The position numbers were made by a program, and so were the translations under genes. The notes beneath the pieces were generated by a model. It was given only the letters and a program-made list of their open reading frames with translations, made no database searches and was not told where the DNA came from. Below are positions 53,767 through 63,472 of a stretch of 64,000 nt of DNA, piece after piece (position 1 is the stretch's first letter; every line of letters starts with the position of its first letter). The stretch covers positions 42,265-106,264 of the forward strand of contig JBBQPZ010000011.1 in NCBI GenBank assembly GCA_038216655.1, in the 5' to 3' direction. The stretch comes from Fimbriimonadales bacterium. Lineage in GTDB: Bacteria > Armatimonadota > Fimbriimonadia > Fimbriimonadales > Fimbriimonadaceae.

Positions 53767-56586
53767 TCACTCCTGACGGTCGCGGTCTCTTTGTCGCTTG
53801 GACTCCAACAGCTTCGAACCGACGGCAGTGCCAGGCTTGGTCGAAGAAGCCGGCTTGACTGCCGGGCGATCCCCTGCCATCGGTGCAGGGCCTTGCGCGG
53901 CGGAGTCCGGCGCTTCGCGGGAAGCGCTCGAAGCGCGTTCTTTGGCTTGGCGAAGCCGATCGATCCGGACATGCGTCTCCGCGCTGTCCTGGCGTTTGCG
54001 ACGCAGTCTTGCCCAAAGCTTGGCGAACATCTCGCGCATGGGCAAGGCAAGCCTGCGCACCCCGACATCAAACGGAATCACCAACGCGGCGAGCATCATG
54101 AACAGTTGCCACAGTTCGGTGATCGACTCGCCGGGTCTGAGAATCGGGCGGAGTGACTCGGTCGGCGCGGCAAGGGCGCGGCCACCGGTCAAGTCGCTGA
54201 TCAGCTTGAGCAAGGGGCGATTAGGCAGGAAGCTTCGATACTCCGGCGGGTAAGGAATCGAGAATCCGGTCGCCTTGACGCGCTTGACTCCCGAAGGATC
54301 GGTCTCGGAAACGGTGACAATGTAGCTTCCAAGCTGGTCCGCGCCAAAGCTTCCACGGAACTTCCCGGGCGCTTCCTGGGGAAGGGTGAGCTCGTGGGCG
54401 GTGCCGTCGGGTCCACTCATGTGAACCTGGATCGAAGGCTGAGTAAGGGGCCTCCCGAGGCGGTCAGTGGCTTCCACCTGGATCTGACCCTTCCCACCTT
54501 CCATGTGCACGCCGACCTGATACTCGTTCACCGCCGCGCGGCGTGAGATGACCCGCAGTGCCTGGGTCCAGAACGTCGAAAAGCCTTCCCAGGGAACCCA
54601 ACGGGCGGCCCAGCGGGCTTGGGCGTCGGAGGTGAAGGCCAGCGTGGTGCCAAGGCCGTACTGCCAGGTTGCCAACAAAGGATCATCTTTACCGGTGCGC
54701 ATGCCCACACTGGCGAGGGGACGCGAGTCGACGAGGCAGTAGGCGTACATTGCCGGTGCCGAGTCGATCCCCCTCAGGATCGGTTCCCCTTCGGCGAGCT
54801 TCGGCAAGAAGGCACCTTCCTCAATCGCCGAGCGGGACATCACGGCGGTGTCCTGGGTCACGATCGCGGGCAATTGGCCCGCGTGCTTGGCCAAATAGAA
54901 ACGCCCACCCCCCGCGGCCGCGAGTTGCTTGCAGAATTCGACGTCCTTTCCCTCCCCAATCGCGACGACCGAGGTCGTGATGTGTTCGGAGCGGAGGGCC
55001 AGCGCGATCGCGATCGACCCTTCGTGGGTATCGCAATCGTCTCCGTCGGCCATCAGGATGAAGTGCCGAACTTTGGTCGTTTCGGCGCGGAGGACCTGCG
55101 CCCCTTTCTCCATCGAAGGCTCGATGTAGATGCCACCTCCCCCGATCGACAGCTTCTGGATTTGGCGAATGACCGACGCCTTGTCGGTCAATTGCTGCAT
55201 CGGAGCGACGAACTCAATTCCGTCGGTGCTGCCCGCGACCCCGACGCGATCCATCGGTGACATCATGTTCACCGTCGCCTCGGCCCCCTTGGCGGCGAGG
55301 CGAATCTTAGGCATGCCGTCCTCGACCATGCCCATGCTGCCGCTCGCGTCGACCATGATCAGGATCGAGGTGCTCGGGAAAGACTTGCGTTGGCGGATGT
55401 TCAGGTCGACGGGAAGGGTGTCAGCGATCGGCGTGGCGTAATAGCCGCCGGGAAGGAAGGAATTCTCGCCGCCGACCATCGCAAAGCCAATCCCGCTGTC
55501 GCGGATCCCGGCTTGGACCAGCTTCATCTGCTCGGCGGTCACTTCCTTGGCGTTGAAGTCATTGAAGAAGACCGCGTCGTAGGGCTGCAAATCCTCGGGC
55601 TTGGCGGGGAGGCCGCCCGGTCCGGCAAGGACCACGTCGGTGCCACCCTTCTTGAGGGCATCGGCAAGGGGACTCGTGCCGGTGCTTTCTTGCAGCACCA
55701 GGGCGCGGGGTTTGCCGCGGACCGCCACGAACCCCACGCCGATGTTGTTCCGGTTGTCACGATCCCTGGGTGCGCGAAGCGTCGCCCGATAGCGATGGAA
55801 TCCCGTGTCGTGCAGAGTCTCGCTCAGCACGATCGAGCTGCGCCCCGGGGCCAGCTTGACGGGGGTCTCCTTCACAAGGACGCCGTCTCGGTCGAGCGCG
55901 ATTACGGCTTCTTGCGGCACGGTCGAATCGACGATGACGCGGATGTTGAAGGGCTGTTCGAGCCGAACTTCCTCCGGCTGCTGCAGTTCCACGACGGAGG
56001 CCTCGGCCCCCCGATCGTCGACTCCGAGGGCGACATGATCGATGTCGATCGACTCGGTCGAAGCGACCTCAGCGGATTCCTCGGCATCACCGGTGGTCTC
56101 GTTACCATCGCTCAGCACCACGATCCGACGTCCCTTCCCCTCGGGAAACGACGCGGTGGCAAGCCGAATCGCGGAGGCGAGGTCGCTCGCCGATGGATCG
56201 ACTTGGCTCAGAATGCGGCCAACCGTCCGCCGACCGTCCGGCATTGCATCGACGACGGCGTCCTTGCCGAAGGCGATCACGCCGCCAACATCGTCGGGTC
56301 CAAGCGAGGCCATCGCGGTCGCGACGAATTCTTCGGCGCGCTTTCGCTCCTTTTCCGACACGGAATCGGAGCGGTCAAGGACGAAGATGGTGCAGATCCC
56401 ATGGTTCGGTCGCCGTGCCTGGGGACCGGCCAGGGCCAAGATAACGAATCCGGCGAGCAGGAAACGAACGCCAAACGCAAGGCGCTTTCGACCCTTTGCC
56501 ATGCCGTGGACGTGGCGGAAGCTGAGCCATAGCCCGATCGCCAGCGGAAGAAAAAGCAGCAGATAGAGAGGGTCGGTGAATCGCAC
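53767..56586 (-). CDS. Large membrane protein with BatA-type N-terminus and two VWA domains interleaved with GATase1-like domains
   Basis: 939 aa with a GTG start. N-terminal 'FTDPLYLLLFLPLAIGLWL...RFLLAGFVILALAGPQ' is followed by VWA MIDAS 'VLDRSDSV'. A second VWA is 'IMVDASGSMG...MADGDD'. The segment 'ALVLQ...DAVFFNDF...GFAMVGG' is GATase1/ThuA-like. It has a C-terminal TM and a basic tail. Confidence 0.8.
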   Translation of the reverse strand: MRFTDPLYLLLFLPLAIGLWLSFRHVHGMAKGRKRLAFGVRFLLAGFVILALAGPQARRPNHGICTIFVLDRSDSVSEKERKRAEEFVATAMASLGPDDVGGVIAFGKDAVVDAMPDGRRTVGRILSQVDPSASDLASAIRLATASFPEGKGRRIVVLSDGNETTGDAEESAEVASTESIDIDHVALGVDDRGAEASVVELQQPEEVRLEQPFNIRVIVDSTVPQEAVIALDRDGVLVKETPVKLAPGRSSIVLSETLHDTGFHRYRATLRAPRDRDNRNNIGVGFVAVRGKPRALVLQESTGTSPLADALKKGGTDVVLAGPGGLPAKPEDLQPYDAVFFNDFNAKEVTAEQMKLVQAGIRDSGIGFAMVGGENSFLPGGYYATPIADTLPVDLNIRQRKSFPSTSILIMVDASGSMGMVEDGMPKIRLAAKGAEATVNMMSPMDRVGVAGSTDGIEFVAPMQQLTDKASVIRQIQKLSIGGGGIYIEPSMEKGAQVLRAETTKVRHFILMADGDDCDTHEGSIAIALALRSEHITTSVVAIGEGKDVEFCKQLAAAGGGRFYLAKHAGQLPAIVTQDTAVMSRSAIEEGAFLPKLAEGEPILRGIDSAPAMYAYCLVDSRPLASVGMRTGKDDPLLATWQYGLGTTLAFTSDAQARWAARWVPWEGFSTFWTQALRVISRRAAVNEYQVGVHMEGGKGQIQVEATDRLGRPLTQPSIQVHMSGPDGTAHELTLPQEAPGKFRGSFGADQLGSYIVTVSETDPSGVKRVKATGFSIPYPPEYRSFLPNRPLLKLISDLTGGRALAAPTESLRPILRPGESITELWQLFMMLAALVIPFDVGVRRLALPMREMFAKLWARLRRKRQDSAETHVRIDRLRQAKERASSASREAPDSAAQGPAPMAGDRPAVKPASSTKPGTAVGSKLLESKRQRDRDRQE

Positions 56587-58412
56587 TACGACCTCCTAGC
56601 GAACAGCCACCATTCGCCCGACAGCACGAGAAGGAGAATCAGGCCGAGCGGCCGCCAGAAGTCGGTCAACCGCATCGGCGCGGGCACCGCCTTGACTTGC
56701 CCCCCGCCGAGCGACACGTTGTCGACGGGCCGGACGTCCGACTCGCGCTCGGATCGGAGGCTGGCGTACACATCCTTCTTCTGGCTGCCAACCGAGAGAC
56801 GGTAGTGCCCGAAGGTGTCCAGGGAACGAATCACCGCATTGCCTCCCGTCGGCTCGACGTTCAGGCCGGTGCCGTCGGGACTCTCGACATGGACCGTCGA
56901 CTTGGTTGGAATCGCAAACGACGCTCCTGCCTTCACGCCAAGGATGTTGGACGAAGCCTCGCCCGACAGGAAGTCGAGCGCATTGGCAATGAAGATCGGG
57001 AAGCTCGCTTGGAGCGGGAGGTCCGATTTCAGCGGCTCGAAGGCAACGTAGACGTGTCGTTGAGACCCTCGCGAGAGCACGACTAACGGCCCCTTATTGC
57101 CGAGCATGACCGTCTCGCCTTCCGCTTTCGCCTCCACCCTCTGCGCGCGCTCAATGTATACGTCCTGAAGATCCACGCCCTTCATGAGCGGCGTATCCGA
57201 GGTGCTGACGAATTGGGGCTTGTCGATTTCGCCTCGCGCGGTAACGGGCGAGTTGGGTCCGGCTTGGCCAAGAGTGAGCACGCCCCGGGAGGGCACCGGC
57301 TTCTCCGGAATTCCGTCGAACACGACCAGATCATAGGGCGCGAGCGCGGCGGGAAGTTCGGTCGTCTTGTCCAGGGTCACCCGCGGGTCGAGGGCGAGCG
57401 CACGTTCCAGGAATATGTTGCCTTTAGTCAATAGCAAGACGTGGAGAGACGCGCCCGGGTTGGCGATGGTGACCGCGTAGTTGTCGGCGGCAAGGGTGTC
57501 CTTGACATCGAGGTTCACCTCGAGAACCTTCGCCGTGGCGGGGGCGGAGAGGGTCTTGCCCCAGGTCTTCCCGGGAGCCACGGTCGCCTTCTCCGAGTCG
57601 ATCAGATGGCCGTCGGCGGTGATCGTCACGGGGGCTTCCATCGGCACGTTGCCGGTGTTGGTGATCGCGCAGTAGAGCTGTCGCCCGGCGGGGGTGTCCG
57701 TGGTGCCAAAGGCGGAGATGGCGAGGTTATCGCCGCGCACGCCGATCTTGCGATAGACCACCGCCGCCTTTCCGGGGGCAAAGTCCTTGATCGCCTCAAA
57801 ATCACCGTCCGAGAGGAGCACGATCCGGCCCGACTCCAGTGAGCCAACCAGCGCCGAGCCAAGGCGAAGGGCACCGCCCACATCGACCTCCGAATCGTAG
57901 CGCCGCAGCTTGTCGAGGGCGAGAATCTCGCGACCGGCGTCGTTCGAGAGCGCGACGATCACCCGTGGGCTAGGCCCGGCCTCGATCACCGCGATGCGGT
58001 CCCCGGCTTTCGCGCTTCGAATCGCGTCGCGGACCTGGTTCTTGGCATCCTCGAAACGATTGGGCGAGACATCCGTCGCGCCCATGCTGGCGGACGCGTC
58101 GATGACGAACACGGTTGCTTCACCGGTCAGTCCGCGTTGCTTAATCTGCGGACCCGCGAACGCGAGGACGGCGAGGGCAAGGGCGAGCAACTGGAGGATC
58201 AGCAGCCAACTGAATCGGAGGCGCTGGATCAAGGCGTTGGCGCGAACTTCCTCGGTGCGTGCGGGCCAGAGAAAGGTCGCGGGCACGCGCATGTCACGCC
58301 GCCGCATCCGAAGTAAGTACAGCGCGATGAGAATCCCCGCCAGGGGGATCAGCCAAGCGAGCGCGGACGGGTTTTGGAAGCTCAAGTTCGGACCCACCCC
58401 TCGCGTTTCCAA
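56586..58412 (-). CDS. BatA-like VWA domain membrane protein
   Basis: 608 aa. 'LSFQNPSALAWLIPLAGILIALYLLRMRRR...FLWP' is the aerotolerance-regulator N-terminal double-TM region. VWA MIDAS 'VIDASASMG'. It has a C-terminal TM. An alternative TTG start at 58385 forms TTGA with the DUF58 stop. Confidence 0.85.
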   Translation of the reverse strand: METRGVGPNLSFQNPSALAWLIPLAGILIALYLLRMRRRDMRVPATFLWPARTEEVRANALIQRLRFSWLLILQLLALALAVLAFAGPQIKQRGLTGEATVFVIDASASMGATDVSPNRFEDAKNQVRDAIRSAKAGDRIAVIEAGPSPRVIVALSNDAGREILALDKLRRYDSEVDVGGALRLGSALVGSLESGRIVLLSDGDFEAIKDFAPGKAAVVYRKIGVRGDNLAISAFGTTDTPAGRQLYCAITNTGNVPMEAPVTITADGHLIDSEKATVAPGKTWGKTLSAPATAKVLEVNLDVKDTLAADNYAVTIANPGASLHVLLLTKGNIFLERALALDPRVTLDKTTELPAALAPYDLVVFDGIPEKPVPSRGVLTLGQAGPNSPVTARGEIDKPQFVSTSDTPLMKGVDLQDVYIERAQRVEAKAEGETVMLGNKGPLVVLSRGSQRHVYVAFEPLKSDLPLQASFPIFIANALDFLSGEASSNILGVKAGASFAIPTKSTVHVESPDGTGLNVEPTGGNAVIRSLDTFGHYRLSVGSQKKDVYASLRSERESDVRPVDNVSLGGGQVKAVPAPMRLTDFWRPLGLILLLVLSGEWWLFARRS

Positions 58413-59266
58413 ACGTCGCGGGCGATCTCGCTGACGGAATCGCCGGGCCGGACTAGCGCATAGCGACCGCCGATTCGAAGCATGGTGTCGGCGATCGCTT
58501 GATTGTGTTCAGTGAGGCGACGGCGATAGTCGGCGAGAGCCATACCGTTCGCCGTGATCTCGACGGGAGCACCCGTCTCGGCATCCAAAAGCCGGAGATC
58601 GCCTTCGAGATCGGGATCGAGCTCGATATCACTTAGGACTTGGAGAAAGAAGACCTCGTGACCGCGGCCGCGGAGCATTCGAAGGGCGGTTGGGGCGTCA
58701 GGATCGAGTCCGTCGCTGAAGACGATCACAAGGCCGGCGCGCGCACTGGAGTTGGCGAACTCGCGCAGGCTCTCGGCCAGCGCGCGACTCTCCCCTCCGG
58801 CCATGCTCGACGCCCATGTCATCAGTCGCATACTGGAGGCACGCCCGCGTAGGGGAGCGGAGGGCGCTTCCCGTCGGCCAAGGTTGCGCGGATAGACCGC
58901 GTCGCCCCCGGCGAGCCCGATCAACCCCATCGCCGCAGCCAGCCGGACGGCCGCCGAGAGTTTCGTCGGTTCACCGAATTCCATGGAGGGGGAGGCGTCG
59001 AGAAGGAGGTGCACCGCCAGGTCCTCCTCGTCGCGGTAGGTCTTCATGATCGGGGTCTCAAGCCGGGCCAGGACGTTCCAATCCAGGTGCCGCAGGTCGT
59101 CGCCCTCGGAGTACTCCCGGTAGTCGGCGAATTCGATGCTGATTCCCTTGCGTCGTGTCAGTCGCTCTCCGCGGACGCGCCCGGGGAACGAGCCACGAGG
59201 GTTCAGCCGCAGCCCCTCAAGGATGCGCATCTCCGCCGGACTCAGGACGAACGAGCTGGTCAGCAT
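58382..59266 (-). CDS. DUF58 family protein (VWA-like, MoxR partner)
   Basis: 'RRKGISIEFADYREYSEGDDLRHLDWNVLARLETPIMKTYRDEEDLAVHLLLDASPSM' is the canonical DUF58 core. Confidence 0.9.
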   Translation of the reverse strand: MLTSSFVLSPAEMRILEGLRLNPRGSFPGRVRGERLTRRKGISIEFADYREYSEGDDLRHLDWNVLARLETPIMKTYRDEEDLAVHLLLDASPSMEFGEPTKLSAAVRLAAAMGLIGLAGGDAVYPRNLGRREAPSAPLRGRASSMRLMTWASSMAGGESRALAESLREFANSSARAGLVIVFSDGLDPDAPTALRMLRGRGHEVFFLQVLSDIELDPDLEGDLRLLDAETGAPVEITANGMALADYRRRLTEHNQAIADTMLRIGGRYALVRPGDSVSEIARDVWKREGWVRT

Positions 59267-59277
59267 GCCCGCACTCT

Positions 59278-60282
59278 CTAGACTCGAATCGGGTCGCGGT
59301 CACCGGCCTCGACGGCGGCCAAAACCTCGCCGAGCACCGAGTCCGCGGTCATGCCATCCGCTTCCGCCTCGAAGTTCAGCAGGATGCGATGGCGAAGCGC
59401 GGGCAGATAGGCCTTGTTGAGGTCTTCCTTGGACACGTTGAACCGCCCGGCGAGGAGGGCGAAGATCTTGCCTGCGGTGATCAGGCTCTGAGCGCCGCGG
59501 GGCGAAGCGCCGTACCGCAGATAGCGTTTGGCGACCGAGGTGGAACCGTCGCCGGACGGGTGGGTCGCGAGGGTCAGCGAGATCGCGTAGTCGAGGACGT
59601 TTGAGGCAACGGGGACTTCGCGGACGATGCCGCGCATTCGCATGACGTCCTCCGCCCCGGCCACCGACTTCGGCTCTCGACCCTCGATGCCGGTGGTCTT
59701 GGTGACGACCTCCGCCAATTCGGCGCGAGTGGGATAAGGGACGAGGAGCTTGAAGAAGAACCGGTCGAGTTGGGCCTCGGGAAGCGGGTAGGTGCCTTCC
59801 TGCTCGATCGGGTTCTGGGTGGCCATCACGAGGAACGGCTCGGGGAGTTCGTGGCGCTTTCCACCGACGGTGACGCCTCGCTCCTGCATCGCTTCGAGCA
59901 TTGCCGATTGAGTCTTGGGGGTCGCGCGGTTGATCTCGTCGGCGAGGACGAGGTTGGCGAAGATCGGTCCGCGTCGGAATTCGAACGACCGCGCCCCCGA
60001 GTCGGCGTGAGCGAGCACGTTGGTGCCGGTCACGTCGGCGGGCATCATGTCCGGAGTGAACTGCACGCGGCTGAAATCGAGGCTGAGGGCCTTCGAGAGC
60101 GAGCGAACGAGCAGGGTCTTGCCAAGGCCGGGCATCCCTTCGAGGAGCACGTGGCCGTTGGCGGCCAGGCCGGCCAAGACCCCTTCGACGATATCGGCTT
60201 GGCCGATGATCGCCGCTCCTACTTCGGATCGGATTGCGGCGAAGGTGTCGCAAAACCATTTAGCATCTTGTTCGTTGGCCAT
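59278..60282 (-). CDS. MoxR family AAA+ ATPase
   Basis: Walker A 'LLEGMPGLGKTLLV', Walker B 'VLADEINRATPKTQSAMLEAMQE', 'ATQNPIEQEGTYPLPEAQLDRF'. Confidence 0.95.
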   Translation of the reverse strand: MANEQDAKWFCDTFAAIRSEVGAAIIGQADIVEGVLAGLAANGHVLLEGMPGLGKTLLVRSLSKALSLDFSRVQFTPDMMPADVTGTNVLAHADSGARSFEFRRGPIFANLVLADEINRATPKTQSAMLEAMQERGVTVGGKRHELPEPFLVMATQNPIEQEGTYPLPEAQLDRFFFKLLVPYPTRAELAEVVTKTTGIEGREPKSVAGAEDVMRMRGIVREVPVASNVLDYAISLTLATHPSGDGSTSVAKRYLRYGASPRGAQSLITAGKIFALLAGRFNVSKEDLNKAYLPALRHRILLNFEAEADGMTADSVLGEVLAAVEAGDRDPIRV

Positions 60283-60296
60283 GAGTTCTCTTGAGA

Positions 60297-61916
60297 TCAG
60301 TTTCGTTTCAGGGATTCGAAATATTCTTTGACGCGCTTCTGCTGGTCGGCCGGAATTTGCTGGCGGTTGATCGCCGACTCGGCGCGACGACGATAGCTGG
60401 GTAGCACTTGCTGGTAGGGCACACGACTTCGCTTGCCCAGGGAGGCGGGGCCACGGATTTCGATGTAGGTTTCCTCGCCCTTGTCCTGACGGTCGCCGGT
60501 CACGCCTACGATCTGTGTCTTTCCCTGGCCGGGAACCGGCTTATCGAGCTTGTTGATCTTGCCTGAGTCGCCATGCCAGATGTCCTGGGTCGGAGCTCCG
60601 GGGCTATTGCTCTGCCCGCTACCGGTCACACCCCCCGGAATCGGCAAGAGCCCGAAGGCGCCCAGCAAACCAGCCCCCATCTCAATCTTCGCGCCGTTCT
60701 TGAGAGCATCTTCCAGTGCCTGCTTCATCGCCTCCAGGTACTCCTTCATCGCCTTATCGTCTTTGAGCTTCTCGGCGAGTTCTTCGAGCTCCTTTTGCAT
60801 CTCTTCGAGCTGCTCTTTCGTGAGGCTCGGCTGACCTTCTAGGGCAGTCTGATCCGCGTTCTTCGCGAGCTTTTGCGCAAGCTCCTGGATCTCCTTGTAA
60901 AGGGGATTGGACTGCATTCGCGCGATCATGTCCTTCACCGCTTGCGAGAGCTTCATTTGCAGCGCCTTGTTCTCTTGCATTGCCTTGGAGAGCTCGCTTT
61001 GCTTGGCTTGCATCTGCGCTCGCTCGGAGGGGGACAGATTCTGCTTGGCGAGATCCTGCTTGAGGGCGTCCATCTGCTTTTGAAGTTCCTGCCCTTTGTT
61101 CTGAGCATCGGCCAACTTCGCTTGCAGGTCTTTCGTTTCCTTCGCGTCGCGATCGGCTTTCGCCATCCGGTCTTGGGCGGTCATCGCTTGGCGTATCGAT
61201 TGCTCACTCTTCTTCGCGTTCTCACGGGTGAGTTCGTCCGCCTTTTTGGCCAACTCGTTGGCCTTCTGCATCGCCTCTTGCTTGTCCATCCGAGCCTTCT
61301 CAAGTTCCTTCTGGAACCGCTTGAGCTCGGCGGCGAGGTCCTTCTCTTCTTTGGAAGGCTGTTTGGACGTGGCTTCGAATTCTTTACGGACGCGCTCGAC
61401 GGTCTTGCCGGTCGTCTTCAGTTCGTCCCGCTCCTTCTTCTGCTGATCCGAGAGCAGCAACGGGCTGTTGCCGAGCATGAAGACGGCGGAAGCGAGGATG
61501 GCGGTAGCGATCATCGCTCCGTGCCAACGGTTCGGCCGAATGGGATAGAGCGTCGACGGCTTGAGATGTTGAACACGCGAATGCGCATCGGCGGCAAGGG
61601 CGGCGTCAAGGCCCCCACTCCCGTCCCGCTCCATGGTCGTGCGAAGCCGATCTTGGAGGTTGCCGCGGCGATCAACGCTGCTCGCGAGGGCATCCAGCGG
61701 AACCGGAAGGAAAGCCCCCACGAGCGCACCGAGTACCGCGCATCCGGCAAAGAGGACACCCAGCCCCGACCACTCGGCGGTAGCCAGGCGGAACCAATCG
61801 AGAGCACCCCACCCGAGGCATGCGAGAGCGCCGCCGAAGCCTACCACCGCGAGCCCGCGCCATGCGCGGATCAGACGAACGCGACGTCCAAACCGATCGA
61901 GATCGTGCGACTTCAT
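60297..61916 (-). CDS. Membrane-anchored K/E/Q-rich coiled-coil protein (DUF4175-like architecture)
   Basis: ATG 61916 overlaps the upstream stop (TGATG). It has N-terminal TM helices, about 300 aa of heptad-like KELEK/QKQMDALKQ sequence, and a C-terminal 'VPYQQVLPSYRRRAESAINRQQIPADQQKRVKEYFESL'. Confidence 0.7.
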   Translation of the reverse strand: MKSHDLDRFGRRVRLIRAWRGLAVVGFGGALACLGWGALDWFRLATAEWSGLGVLFAGCAVLGALVGAFLPVPLDALASSVDRRGNLQDRLRTTMERDGSGGLDAALAADAHSRVQHLKPSTLYPIRPNRWHGAMIATAILASAVFMLGNSPLLLSDQQKKERDELKTTGKTVERVRKEFEATSKQPSKEEKDLAAELKRFQKELEKARMDKQEAMQKANELAKKADELTRENAKKSEQSIRQAMTAQDRMAKADRDAKETKDLQAKLADAQNKGQELQKQMDALKQDLAKQNLSPSERAQMQAKQSELSKAMQENKALQMKLSQAVKDMIARMQSNPLYKEIQELAQKLAKNADQTALEGQPSLTKEQLEEMQKELEELAEKLKDDKAMKEYLEAMKQALEDALKNGAKIEMGAGLLGAFGLLPIPGGVTGSGQSNSPGAPTQDIWHGDSGKINKLDKPVPGQGKTQIVGVTGDRQDKGEETYIEIRGPASLGKRSRVPYQQVLPSYRRRAESAINRQQIPADQQKRVKEYFESLKRN

Positions 61917-63472
61917 CAACTTGGCCTCATCGCGGGAGCACGTTGCTGCTCGATCGTATGCGCCCAGTAGGTGATGCCAAGTGCCGTTATGCCCATGAAA
62001 AGAGTCAACGCCAGCGTCCTCATCGGGTGGGTCGACCACTGCCACACCGGAGAGAGCGGGTACGCGTCCCAAACCGTGGGTCCGGTGCCAAAGAACGCAC
62101 CCGTCGCCGCGAGGAACGGAAGGGGCAGCAGCCACATGATGACGAGTCCTCCGTAATGCAGCGTCCGCGCGGTGCGGAGGTTCTTACTGACGGCGGAGGT
62201 TAATCGGCCGATCGACCACGCCCCAAAGAGCAGCACAAATCCCCAAAGCAGGATGATGAAGAATCGAACCGGAGGGAAGTCACCGGTCCCAAAGAGTGCA
62301 CCAAGCATGGCGGCGAGCCCCGATACCGTGACCAAAGCGAACAGATAGGGCAGTCCGCCCGAAGGGGTCCCACGGAAGAGCCGCCGGAAGTTGAACGTGC
62401 CGTCGAGTTGGAACTTCGATTCAGCCGATCGGGAATAGCAAGTGAGGAACGGGACGATCAAACCCACGAAGACAATCCACCCAGCGAAACTTGTGCCCAG
62501 GATCGGCCAAACCAGCGATGAGCGGCCCGAGCCGAACGCACCGCGAACCGCGTTGAATGTGCCCACCGTCGCGCAGGCGAAGAGGAACGAGGCGAATCCG
62601 TAGCCAATGAGCCCCTGAATCCGCAAGGCCAGGGTCTCCCTCGACCCGGCGGGGCTCATGGACGAGGCGGCACCGAGGAGGACGAGCCGGCACAGAAACA
62701 GGGTGTAGAGGGCGACCAGAACGAGATTCGGGACGTGGTAGGTTCCGATCTCCATGTACGTACCCGCCGCGCGCGCGACCAGGAACGGGCTCAATCCAAT
62801 CGAGAAGGGTGCCTCGGTGGTGCGGTGCAGATACATCAAGCCCATCGAAGCGGACCCGAAGCCGCTCACGATGCCCAGGTAGATAAGGACGGTCAGATAG
62901 CTCCAGATGAAGGCCGAAACCACGCTCGCGCTAACGGTCGAGAACAGGAGCGCGATCGCGGTAAAGAGCAGGCCGTGAAGAGAGAGCAGAGCGTAAGCCT
63001 GAAGCACATCTGACCAGGTCGCACCGCCGAGAACTACGCAGGAAGCGGTGACCGGCAGCGACAACACGAGGAGCATCCAAACGTAGCGGTAACTCGAGAT
63101 CAGCTTGCCAACGAGGAGATATTTCGGCGAGACAGGGGCGGAGAAGATGAGGTCGAGCGAGTGTCTTTGTCGCTCCGAAACGATGGCCGACGCGGTGAGA
63201 GCGGGAGCGATCGTCGAGATGAGGAAGGCGAGCAGGTAAGTCGTGGATTGGTAATACAACTGCAGGCGGCGCTGGGCCTCTGAGATGGAGATACGCCCGG
63301 TCTCCACGTTCGACGAGTAAAACAGGAGCGCGAAGCCGATCAGGACGAGCAGGTACAGCGTCCAAATCCAGGCCGGTCGATTGCCTCTCAGTTGGGTGCG
63401 AAAGTCTCGCACCGCGGCCGCGTTCCCCACGTAAACGCGAAGATTGTCGCGAATCCACGCGCCCGGTGCCAC
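61916..63472 (-). CDS. ABC-2 family transporter permease (large, polytopic)
   Basis: 518 aa with more than 10 predicted TM helices. 'IVSERQRHSLDLIFSAPVSP' matches the ABC-2/NosY-like loop motif. The GTG start shares a base with the ATPase stop. Confidence 0.65.
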   Translation of the reverse strand: MAPGAWIRDNLRVYVGNAAAVRDFRTQLRGNRPAWIWTLYLLVLIGFALLFYSSNVETGRISISEAQRRLQLYYQSTTYLLAFLISTIAPALTASAIVSERQRHSLDLIFSAPVSPKYLLVGKLISSYRYVWMLLVLSLPVTASCVVLGGATWSDVLQAYALLSLHGLLFTAIALLFSTVSASVVSAFIWSYLTVLIYLGIVSGFGSASMGLMYLHRTTEAPFSIGLSPFLVARAAGTYMEIGTYHVPNLVLVALYTLFLCRLVLLGAASSMSPAGSRETLALRIQGLIGYGFASFLFACATVGTFNAVRGAFGSGRSSLVWPILGTSFAGWIVFVGLIVPFLTCYSRSAESKFQLDGTFNFRRLFRGTPSGGLPYLFALVTVSGLAAMLGALFGTGDFPPVRFFIILLWGFVLLFGAWSIGRLTSAVSKNLRTARTLHYGGLVIMWLLPLPFLAATGAFFGTGPTVWDAYPLSPVWQWSTHPMRTLALTLFMGITALGITYWAHTIEQQRAPAMRPS

